DNA of 64,000 bases from Ascidiella aspersa (taxonomy: Eukaryota). The DNA is taken from NCBI GenBank assembly GCA_963924565.1, contig OZ004612.1:2728001-2792000 (forward strand), in the 5' to 3' direction. The stretch's first letter is position 1, and every line of letters begins with the position of its first letter. Under the pieces are notes generated by a model, which was not told the origin of the DNA, did no database searches, and saw only the letters and a list, made by a program, of their open reading frames with translations. Both the position numbers and the translations under genes were made by a program. This document shows, piece by piece, positions 41,701 through 50,499 of the stretch.

Positions 41701-44700
41701 CCGAAGCGAGTTCAGAACTCGCCACTTATCTTCCGAGTGCGACTCGAAACTCAGCTCTTGCTGCACTCACCGAAGTAAGACTTGAGACAACCATTTTAAA
41801 GGGAGGCCATGAAGGTGAGATGAAAGTTACACTAGATTTTCCCGTTAAAATCTTGCACCCACTACATGATAATCAAAATATCATTATTAATTGACACTAT
41901 ATATTCATTAAGAGCTTCATTTCGTTTTTTACAAACGCAACTAGTATTTTTGACACTATATTGTCCAGCCAAACCCATAAATTAAACTAGCTTTCTAGTA
42001 TACATTGAACCAGTTAAAGCTAAAAATCTAAAGGCAACATTTTATAATGTCCCTAAAAATCAATCAAAACTGAGTTTCTGGTTGAAAGATTACTATTAGA
42101 TCTTGTAGCGAAATACTAAAAACGCCGATAGAGTTTTTTTTAATCGAACAAAAACATGACTTTGTGAATCTTATGAGCTGCTAACCCTTGGCAACAGCAG
42201 CAGCTGTCCAAATCAGCAGGAAACACGTTAGTTTCGCTCGTATAAACCACAAAAGACTCTGCTTTATTTGGGATCTCTTGGCTCTATCAACTAAATAAAG
42301 CGACGCTTAATCAAATTGGAACTTCAGCGAATAAAGAACCATCCTTTTCAGGGTTAAAATCATTGCCGCTTATTGTTTGTAAGGGTATCAGTGATTTTTT
42401 GGAAAACTTCTCTGTAGTCGTACCACCCACAAATTTGTTACCATTGTTAAATATCCGATACCCGATTTTACAAAAAAAAATATTTCTTCCGTAACTCAGT
42501 GTTAGTTACCTTATTTCTATATTTAACCCCTTTAATAAAAAAAAACAGTTGTGCAGTTCTCCAAATGAAAAACTCAATGGTCAGCAAAGTGTTTTTTAAA
42601 AATTTCCTAAATAAAAAAAGTTCCATAAACTGCAACAAAACTTCATGCAGATTTACACCAAATTTTACCCGATAAAAAATTCTAAAAAGTATATATTACC
42701 CAAAGGTGAAATAATTAATCATTGGAATGCGTTTTAAAAATTGCCCCCAAAAATAAAATGCTTCGTTTATGTCGGCGTCACAATTTCATTGTTATGCAAC
42801 AACGATCTACAGAGCTGGAATATGGATATTTCCGGCCGCCCCGCCCCCGTATAAACGCCATTAAGCGTCACAAACGCTTCATTGTTATTATCTTCCGCGC
42901 TATTCGTGCTTTGAAGGCGTCTCGCCCAAAACCATCCACAACCGACGAATCTCCACGCTTTTGCGAATAATTGCGCCGAAATTCGCGAGATTTTCGCAAT
43001 TCTAGAAAGGCTCTACCAGCTGTTGTTTGCTTGTATCATTTTCGCGCCATTTTGCTGCGAAAATTCGCCCTTGCTTCGCTTCCGTTCCATATTGAGGTTA
43101 AACCGAGCGCATCTGGACCTAGGTATGACTATGGGCGGTAGCTGATTCGGCTCGTGTTATAAACGCCTTAATGTTCGTCAAATGGCAGATGTTGTCGGCA
43201 CAATAAGGCCTTGGCGTTGTGTGATAATTGAAGGTATGCAAACCACAATACAAGATCCTGCACAGTGCGACGTAAATTGCCCAGCGCGTGCTAAAGGTCC
43301 TTCAAACAGTTATTCGTTAGAACTTGGTATTTCCCTGTGTCTAGCCCACAAAACAAATAAATGTGTTACCACCTACAACACTCATTATTTATTTACTCTA
43401 TCTTTCTTCGGAATGTCGTTCAATGTATAAAAAAAGTAGCTAGTTAATTTTTTTTCTGTGAAATATTAAACCAAGTGCTTCTTTGTAGAAATTGTTTTAA
43501 GCCAGGCTTGTAAAAATATGCGACCGCACACCTAAAAATGTCACGTCATTGCACCTTGTGCGTTATGACTCAGCAATATTTCAGGACTTTATCGTAGACA
43601 TTGAACTGTTAAACTATTGTATGTTTTACTAGCTGGATTTCAATAAAACATGACCCCTAAAAGTAAAAAACAAGTTGAGATTTAGTTTATTCTCTTAACA
43701 CAGTGTAACTTGTGACTTTAAAATAAAGTCAATGGTTAAAAGTACAAAATGAAACCTATTTTTTAGGCAAAATAGTAAAAACATGTTGCTTGAACGTTAA
43801 ACACAATTTTTTTACAATAACACAATATATTTTATGACTTAGACATAAATTTTCGCCAAAAATAACCACATTAGGTTAACCTTACGCTTTGTTGCAAATA
43901 CTGTTATTTAACAAGTTGTTTCTCCCCCAGATTACCTGATCCCTCTCCTAACCTCGCTGGCTGCAGTTCTTATCGCCATCACTGCAGTTGCAATCCTGGT
44001 GTGCATCTGCATCTGCAGGAGGAGCGAGCAAAGAGGGAGGAAAGATGAGGAGAAGATTTCATCCCGGAGGTCGGACTCCATTGACCGCGTCGACAACAAC
44101 AACAAGAGGTTGGAAGAAGAAGCGGCATCCTCCGAGCTGAAGAGCCTCAAAGTTATCGGAAACAAGATAAACAACGTCGAGCTCAGGGACCGTAACCTTG
44201 GCAACCTGGCTCCGGACCTCAACCGTCTCCCTGGCAACAAAGAGTCCAGCCAGGGCGACTTCCGGCACGTCTACAAGAAGATCTCTACCATCGACCTTGC
44301 GGTGTCGGCGGCAGCTGCTGAAAAGCTCACAGTCGCTCTCAACGAGCCCAAGAACGTCAAAAACGCTTCAGCGCAGCAGCACGCCGCGGGGAAGCACCCG
44401 AAGCGATACTCCCAAGCGCACAACAGCGCCTCTAGCGGCGCTTTCGCACCGGTTTCAAGCAGTGTGATCGTGTCGGACGGGATGGACGTCATAGACGGTC
44501 ACGTGGTTGCCCCCCACAACCCCCAAAATCAAGGGGGATGCCCCTACAACAACCGCCGCGACGATGTATCGGATGAGGACGAAGTTTTCGAGTCCCCAGG
44601 TCGTCGCTTGCTTCAGGGGGGTTGCGGGTGCCATGACGTCAGGTGCCCCCACGCCGCCCCCGACGAGTACTCAGAGTCCGAGGAGGTCGCCATGCTAATG

Positions 44701-45336
44701 TCCGGACCCCGTCGCCATAGCAACCACCAGCAGCCGGCCCCGTCCCGCCAACAGCACAGATGCCGACATCACCGCATCGACGTCCACGCGCCCCGGCACC
44801 GCCGCAGGACGCCCCAGTCGGCCCCCCTCTACCCGGACCCCGACTCCGATTGCGTCATCGCCGATGACGTGCACGTGACGTCATCGCAAGCGGCGGGGAT
44901 GAGCGACTCTATGCTGCCACCTTATGAGAGCGTGGTGGGCGGCGAATCGCGCAGTGCGACACCTTGTGACTGCCCGCACGCGCGCCAAGCGTCCCTGGCG
45001 GCGTCGTCGGGCGCGCGGGAACACGTGGCCCCTTCCCCAGCGGCGCCGGGCTACCACCAGTCCCCCCCGCCCTGCTATTCCCGCCATTACCACACCCCGA
45101 CACAAACTTACCGAAGCACTTCGGCCCTCAGCCCGCTCGCTAGCCCTAACGAGCGGCGACACTTTATTTCACCGACTTACGCCAATGTGCCCGGACCCCG
45201 GCCCGGTTCCAGGGCGCGCCCGGGGGCCCGGGAATCCCAGGGGGAAGTCCCCAGGCGTTCGACGTCCCCGTGTGACGATCCCACGAGCGATTTGTTATCG
45301 TCCGATAAAGTATCGTCCCATGAGTTGTCGGTATAG
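2611..45336 (+). CDS. jag1: Serrate/Jagged-family Notch ligand, 5'-partial, 18 coding exons (EGF5-16, vWF-C/cysteine-rich domain, TM, long intracellular domain)
   Basis: Exons 2611-2724, 10979-11092, 11340-11386, 13419-13592, 16758-16908, 19024-19188, 23489-23602, 24775-24888, 31094-31213, 32819-32935, 36934-36961, 37228-37313, 38537-38650, 39044-39159, 39499-39771, 41044-41175, 41664-41814, 43931-45336. All are GT-AG bounded and join in one open frame (3536 nt, about 1178 aa). The interrupted EGF10 (VIDSCT...VCG) and the post-EGF cysteine-rich domain (W...CNSCKC...CSKVWCG) identify Serrate/Jagged rather than Delta. Probably a pro-orthologue of JAG1/JAG2. Confidence 0.95.
10979..11092 (+). 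CDS. jag1: Jagged exon, EGF6 ([38 protein letters not shown])
   Basis: ctgcag|AC...ATCA|gtgagt; 114 nt. Confidence 0.95.
11340..11386 (+). CDS. jag1: Jagged exon, first half of EGF7 ([16 protein letters not shown])
   Basis: ttgcag|AT...CTG|gtaagt; 47 nt, phase 1-0. Confidence 0.93.
13419..13592 (+). CDS. jag1: Jagged exon, EGF7 second half plus EGF8
   Basis: ttgcag|GAC...GAG|gtatgc; 174 nt; [37 protein letters not shown]...RICE. Confidence 0.95.
16758..16908 (+). CDS. jag1: Jagged exon, EGF9 plus start of EGF10
   Basis: ttttag|CGT...GAAG|gtaac; 151 nt; [50 protein letters not shown]; absent from the ORF track. Confidence 0.94.
19024..19188 (+). CDS. jag1: Jagged exon, interrupted EGF10
   Basis: ttgcag|TG...CTCA|gtgagt; 165 nt; [55 protein letters not shown]. 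Confidence 0.95.
23489..23602 (+). CDS. jag1: Jagged exon, EGF11
   Basis: ttgcag|AC...CATG|gtgagg; 114 nt; [38 protein letters not shown]. Confidence 0.95.
24775..24888 (+). CDS. jag1: Jagged exon, EGF12
   Basis: gacag|AC...TCCC|gtgagt; 114 nt; [38 protein letters not shown]. Confidence 0.94.
30839..30904. repeat. Perfect tandem repeat, 22 bp x 3 (AAAACTGTACATTTTTAAACAT)
   Basis: Three exact adjacent copies. Confidence 0.95.
31094..31213 (+). CDS. jag1: Jagged exon, EGF13
   Basis: tccag|GT...GAAC|gtaagt; 120 nt; [40 protein letters not shown]. Confidence 0.94.
32819..32935 (+). CDS. jag1: Jagged exon, EGF14
   Basis: gtgcag|GC...GACG|gtgagt; 117 nt; [39 protein letters not shown]. Confidence 0.95.
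36285..36370 (+). mobile_element. Dispersed repeat, probable relic of a LINE (CR1/L2-like) ORF2 3' end, copy 1
   Basis: Aligns with 47943-48027; translates as [28 protein letters not shown], resembling the L(I/F)ETFK(I/M)L C-terminus of CR1/L2-type ORF2. Confidence 0.5.
36934..36961 (+). CDS. jag1: Jagged 28-nt micro-exon, start of EGF15 ([10 protein letters not shown])
   Basis: tttccag|AT...CCTG|gtgagt; phase 1-2, needed to complete EGF15. Confidence 0.92.
37228..37313 (+). CDS. jag1: Jagged exon, rest of EGF15 ([28 protein letters not shown])
   Basis: ttgcag|T...ATAA|gtaagt; 86 nt, phase 2-1. Confidence 0.95.
38537..38650 (+). CDS. jag1: Jagged exon, EGF16
   Basis: gtccag|AT...AGAG|gtaagg; 114 nt; [38 protein letters not shown]. 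Confidence 0.95.
39044..39159 (+). CDS. jag1: Jagged exon, vWF-C/cysteine-rich domain part 1
   Basis: tttcag|TT...AAG|gtaagt; 116 nt; [39 protein letters not shown]. Confidence 0.94.
39499..39771 (+). CDS. jag1: Jagged exon, cysteine-rich domain part 2
   Basis: ccccag|GTC...AAG|gtgagc; 273 nt; [12 protein letters not shown]...[16 protein letters not shown]. Confidence 0.94.
39901..39974 (-). pseudogene. tRNA-like element (tRNA pseudogene or tRNA-derived SINE head), GGT at the anticodon position
   Basis: Minus strand reads ACTTGCG TAGCTCAGTTAATAGAGCG A CAGTC-CCGGTAT-GATTG GGGGTC GTGAG-TTCGAAC-CCCAC AGCAGGA. It has A and B boxes and a cloverleaf layout, but a mismatched acceptor stem and C33 instead of U33. 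A T5 run follows about 6 nt downstream. Confidence 0.7.
41044..41175 (+). CDS. jag1: Jagged exon, membrane-proximal domain part 1
   Basis: tcgcag|GGA...ATC|gtaagt; 132 nt; [44 protein letters not shown]. Confidence 0.92.
41664..41814 (+). CDS. jag1: Jagged exon, membrane-proximal domain part 2
   Basis: ttgcag|GCG...GAAG|gtgaga; 151 nt; contains [13 protein letters not shown], resembling Jagged NSSLIAAVAEVRV. Confidence 0.92.
43931..45336 (+). CDS. jag1: Jagged terminal coding exon: TM helix plus about 440-aa intracellular domain
   Basis: ccccag|AT TAC CTG...; [31 protein letters not shown] followed by an uninterrupted GC-rich ORF ending HELSV-stop at 45336. Confidence 0.92.
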
Positions 45337-47637
45337 CGGCTGATGAAACTAGTTCACGCTTGTTGCGTTTTATTCCTATTCTCTTATTTAATTGGTAGTC
45401 GCTGTTTTATTCGTTTAGCTTCAGTGTATCTTACCTATCCGTGCCCCCCTAAATGCTCGCTTAATGACCCCCCAAAACACACAAATACCCCCCTGAAAAT
45501 TTACAACTCGCCGAGTAACGAGTAAATGCTTTGGACTGTCGTTTGCTTTTTACAGCGACCGACTTCGACGTTTTTCTTCGGATTTTCGACTAACCTTACG
45601 GAGATGCACTTCCGCGCGCTATGACGTCACGATTTATGACGTCACACGCTTCTGCGTCGTTCTTTTTTCGTTCATTTTTCGTTGTTGTTGTTTCGAACCC
45701 GATCCTGTGCTACGATTCAGTTGTTTTTTCTTCGCATTGAACCGTTTTTTTTCTCATTCGTTTTATTTCTTGTTTTTTCTCTCCAAGGCCGCTTCGTTTC
45801 GTTTTGACGCCGTCTGCCGCGCGTGTTGGGGTGGTTTTGTCCCCCTAAAATAACCCCCCCGCTTTCAAACCTTGTTTCGCCTCTACGCGACGCCAGAGAG
45901 CTTTAAATATTTGACCTTGACACCCGGGTTTGATGACCTTCACCCAGAAGCCCACTGCCCTCTTTGTTTTCTTAAATTTTCGTAAATGAATTTTCTGACT
46001 TGCTAATCGATGCCCGAGCCCCGCTATAACACATACACGGTAACGTGTGCTCAGCAACCCATTTAACGGTAAACAAATAAAAAGTTAATGTAAATAAATT
46101 AAGAAGTGAACTTAATTGGAAAGCTGTCGTGCGGTTCAAGGTTTTCTCTTTCTTTCTGAATTATTTTCGTTTTTTTTTTCTTATTCTATTATGATATCTC
46201 TTTATTTACTATTATTCTTATTATTATCTTATTATTCTTATTCTTATTATTATTCAACAATTGTGAAATTTGAAATTTGCAGCGTGGCTTTTTGCGTGTA
46301 AATAAAGGCCCCAAACACAGCGGCAGACGAAATAAACCATGAGTGTTCACTTGGTAGTAAACATATTGCACTTGAAACAGCTTAGGCAAACTGTGTAAAG
46401 AGGAAATTATATATATGTACCTTTCTTTAGGCCAGAGATCAACAAACGTTTTTCATAAAGGACCGGGTAACTGTAAGGATTGACAGCTTCAGACCGGATA
46501 TAACACTTTGTGTCGAACTTTATTAACTTGATAAAAGTCAAACACTGACTTGTTTTTACCAGCTAGAGTTTAAGATGAACTTAAAAAAAGCAAAGCAAGC
46601 AGACGGCAAACCATGAAAAAGTGCGCTGTGAAAATCCGCGTCAGCTAGCAACTTTTAAAGTTCTTGCCCAGCTTTATCCGCCTGCATTTTTCTGGCTCAA
46701 ATGTGCATTTCGAACTTCTTACAAAAACAAAAGATACAAAACAAATTGCTAATTGTATAATTGTTTTTGCGAAAATTAGTTTTCCATAGCAAACTTTTCA
46801 GAAACTGTCGCAAGAAAACCAATTGTTTTCAGAAATAGCCTATGCAAAGGCACCCAGTCTGTTAATATTCAAACTAATAATTCTGTATATCTATATATTA
46901 TATATCGTTCATCCTGCAGATGAAAAACAGCTAGAAAATGATATTACAAAATTAGACAAAACAAAAGTAGAAGTAAGATATATAAGGGTTGGTAATACAA
47001 ATGATGCTTTGCCGAGATTAAGAAGAGTTTTAACCGCTGTAATACATATATACATATATATTTTTAAATGTTATTTATGTTTTAACCACAGCGCAGTTGT
47101 ATTATACTTGCGAGGCGGTTGGATCTCCTCTCGGCTACAGTAGGGGGCTATAGGGGTGAAAATAAGAGGGCTATGGTGAAAGCGGTAATTTGGATTACAA
47201 AAGCGATCATTGTGTATTGCGAATAGCTATTGCATTATAATATTTAGGCAACTATGTACGGACCTGTCATATATATTCTCCCTAAATGTAACCTGTGTAT
47301 ATGAAAATATACAAAATATATTGATAGTAGTCCCTTTATTTTGATTTCCTTGATCAGGATTTAGCCGAAGTCCGCAAGTATCATGTGGGGATTATGAAAA
47401 ATATCCTTTTATTCAAAATGTAACGTTGGTATGTTAAAGTATAGTGTTAAAGTGTCACGCACATGTTACGCTTTTGTCGCGATGTTATGTTCTGTGCCAA
47501 ATTCCAGGCGATATTTGGCTTTAAATAGAGAAGATATGGCGACACACAAAAGTAAATGGTCGTTACCTGCATGAGAGCTTTTCTATTATAAATAGTTTTC
47601 CTTGTGCATTTTTCGCTATTTTTTTTAAATAACATAA

Positions 47638-47643
47638 AATAAA
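47638..47643 (+). terminator. Candidate distal polyadenylation signal of Jagged (AATAAA); other AATAAA hexamers occur near 46077, 46093 and 46301
   Basis: Hexamer at the end of an AT-rich, UTR-like stretch; actual usage unknown. Confidence 0.35.
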
Positions 47644-47751
47644 GAAAAGCATATTTAGGTAATCCGTCTAACTATCTTATTGTTAAATATATGTTGTTCT
47701 TAGGCTTAGAATTGTTCTCATACTGCCTTTTTTAATCAACAAACAACTCCA

Positions 47752-47885
47752 ATGAGTAGCAACTCAGAATCGGTATAGCGAATTCTGCTGATTCAGTTCT
47801 TTGCTTTTATTTTTGGAGTAGCAGTTAGGATCGTATCTCAGCTTGGTATTTTTCCAGCCAAGCTTCCATATAGAAAGCGGTGTTG
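47752..47885 (+). pseudogene. Decayed duplicate of UNC-93-like exon 1
   Basis: Colinear with 50500-50638, including the G|gtaag donor and the upstream gttcttag; has an in-frame TAG at codon 9 and a small deletion after GGAGTAGCAG. Confidence 0.88.
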
Positions 47886-47942
47886 GTAAGAAACAGTCTA
47901 AATTTTACAACAACTGTTATTCTTCTTTATATAATTTTTAAA

Positions 47943-48027
47943 ATGAATATAGAGTTATTCGATACGTTCAAGATGCTATCTACAACTCTATGGGATTTGA
48001 TATTCTTAGCACGCCCTACTACAACAA
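47943..48027 (+). mobile_element. Dispersed repeat, probable LINE relic, copy 2
   Basis: MNIELFDTFKMLSTTLWDLIFLARPTTT; nucleotide similarity to 36285-36370. Confidence 0.5.
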
Positions 48028-48801
48028 CTTTATGTTCAGCACAGGAATGTCGCTTTTTATGTACCATACACGAAATACGTCTAAGCTTTGTGATTTTATT
48101 TACTTTGTGTTTTGTGGTCGAGTTGTGATTTTCTTTGTGCTTTATTAGACAGATGTTTATAATGTAGTTGTAGGTTAAAAAGCACTCATCCCTGTAGTGT
48201 TTTTTATTTGCCTGTTCAGTTACAGAGGACTTGGAATTATGTTTTCTCTAAAATAAATCGCACATTACAATCCTAGGTATGTTTATATATTATGTGATTT
48301 GATTTTAAAGTATGACATAGTAAATCATGCAAACATACCGGTTTGACCGAAAATATTATTTTGTCATTATCTAACTTTAATAGATTTTTGAGCATTTACA
48401 ATCGGAAGCTATAATTTCCAAGAAAAAAAGAAAAAATATATTTTAAAAAAGCAAATTTATAACCTTATTGTCACAATCATCATAACAAAATTAGTGAATA
48501 ACTTAAAGAAATTATTTAGCCCCCTTTTGACTTGAATCAGTTCGTAATGTGAAATCTCTGCGAATTCTTTGATGTAATTGACTTGTTAATTGCGAATTAA
48601 CCTTCTTTTATTGGGTTGTTTAGTTGAACATAGGTGTCATCAACTATCTCTGCAAGATAAATGTCGGCCTCAATCCTAACAGTAACAATTCAAGCCAAAC
48701 ACTTCTATATCTTTAAGCATCTATATTTTTTTAGCTGTGTTAAGTATTTTCAGCTGTCAGTCTGTTAAACTTTTACAAGGCATCTACATGCAATGAATTT
48801 C

Positions 48802-49264
48802 GGGAACCGTTTTTGTAAAATTATAAGGAACTGAACAAGAACCTAAACTTTTACCGAACCTGAACCTGTCGAAAAGGGTTTTCACTCTAGCATGACGTCA
48901 CAAGTTGTATTTTACATAGTCGAGTTATGCCATGTTCACAATTTTATAAAAAAAAAGTGAATATTCGGGGATTTTTAGGTATTTTAATAGTGAGCTGCTT
49001 GCTTTTTAATACGCCAGGAGACTTAGATTCATATGAGTTACAATTCAATTATCCACATTTAATGACCCACATTTTTAGATTTAACGCAACTAATATTGTA
49101 TCCGAACCGGAACTTTGTAAACCGGTTTTGGAATAACGATGGTCGAACCGGAGCCGAACCGGAACTTTTACATTGCTAGAAACCGAAACCGGAACTGAAC
49201 TGGATTCCGAAAAACTCCTTGAACCCAGACCTTAACCGGAAAAGTCAAACGGTTGGATTCCCTG
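48802..49264. mobile_element. Partial MITE-like element with GAACCG/AACCGG repeats
   Basis: Dense GAACC(G) repeats ending in the TIR-like GGTTGGATTCCCTG; no left TIR or TSD identified, although a matching AGGGAATCCAACC occurs at 50999-51011. Confidence 0.55.
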
Positions 49265-50164
49265 GTTAAAATTAACTAAATAGAATGTTTTTTTATACAG
49301 AATGTTTTTCAACCTTGTGTACAGCTGATTTGTTGTGTTTCAAGTAAGCTTACTGTGAATTACAGTTAACCACTTGATGAAATTGCAAGTAAGTGTCTAC
49401 TGTAGGGCCTGTAATTGTATATAGCCGACTAAAAATGTGGTGTTAGCTTGTTTATTTATTCCATCACAGAAGGTAGAGTAGAGAGGAATCAAGGAAGACC
49501 AGACAAAGTTAGGTGTGGTCTCAGACGAAAGACAAATAGGTCTCTTACAAAAGAGAGTGGATACAGAGCATAAGCAGACACAAGAAGAAGGTGATTGATG
49601 CGACATAGCAGGCATGTCTGCCGTTATAAACGGACCTACAGAGTCACTACAAGGGTGCCGCGGACAATTTATACTTTAACTAGAGTGCAGCGAGCCAAAA
49701 AGGTTAGGTACCAGTGGTATAGGCCACACCAACAAACCCTACGCCTTCTCCCGTGAAAAACAACTGCAGTAAGGAACAGATCACGAAGCGTGACAAATAA
49801 CGCTGTCACGTTCCGTCGATTCTAATTTTAGGCAAAACAATTTTTTCGGCCGTAACCTGTGGCAGGCAGAGCGTAAAATCCAAAGGCCGAAGCAGTAGGC
49901 AAGAAATGTACATTAAAGTACAAACTCTAGTGTTGTTTGTAGCAAAAAGGGAAATATTATAGCATAGATCTACTTTAAAAAGCAATAATTAGGCAGCAAA
50001 GTAGTTATAAAGATATAAACATATATTTATCTGAATGTTTGATTGCCCATTACCATAAAGTACGTTCGGACATAATGCTATCAGCGTTCGCTTTGAGTAG
50101 GCCTAAGCTTTATTGGTTACACAGATCTTAAAAACCACTTGCCCCTGTAAGCCGGCTTTGCACG

Positions 50165-50432
50165 ATTATTTGTCACGTTATATGATGATATGTAAAATAT
50201 AATAATAGGGAATATATTAATAAGAGGAATGCTTCCAATTTAACAACCTACTACTTTTCTCCAATATACAAGTAAATATAGTTTTGTAGCCTAGATTTAC
50301 CTTAATTTTTTCATCTGTCTTTTATTTGTCACGTTGAATAATGATACCGGTATGTAAAATATATTAGTAGGTAGGCCTAATGTCATAATAAGAGGAATGC
50401 TCGCAATTTAATAATTACTTTTCTCAAGTATC
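50165..50432. repeat. Degenerate tandem duplication of about 160 bp just upstream of the UNC-93-like gene
   Basis: TATTTGTCACGTT...ATGATA...TATGTAAAATAT...ATAAGAGGAATGCT...CAATTTAA...TACTTTTCTC occurs twice. Confidence 0.8.
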
Positions 50433-50499
50433 GAAGTTAAGTTCTTAGGGGTGCAGAATAATTGTTTTGTCAACTTCTTATCGACAACAAACCACGCCA

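Noticed and set aside
2611-45336. Alternative identification as Notch, Delta, Crumbs or fibropellin
   Set aside because: There are no LNR/ankyrin or laminin-G domains; the interrupted EGF10, the vWF-C-like domain and the exon pattern are specific to Serrate/Jagged.
43932-45343. Several overlapping antisense and alternative-frame ORFs over the last Jagged exon
   Set aside because: Expected by-product of GC-rich coding sequence; no recognisable domains or splice support.
46364-46374. TATTGCACTTG matches the 5' end of mature miR-92
   Set aside because: The match stops at 11 nt and there is no flanking hairpin.
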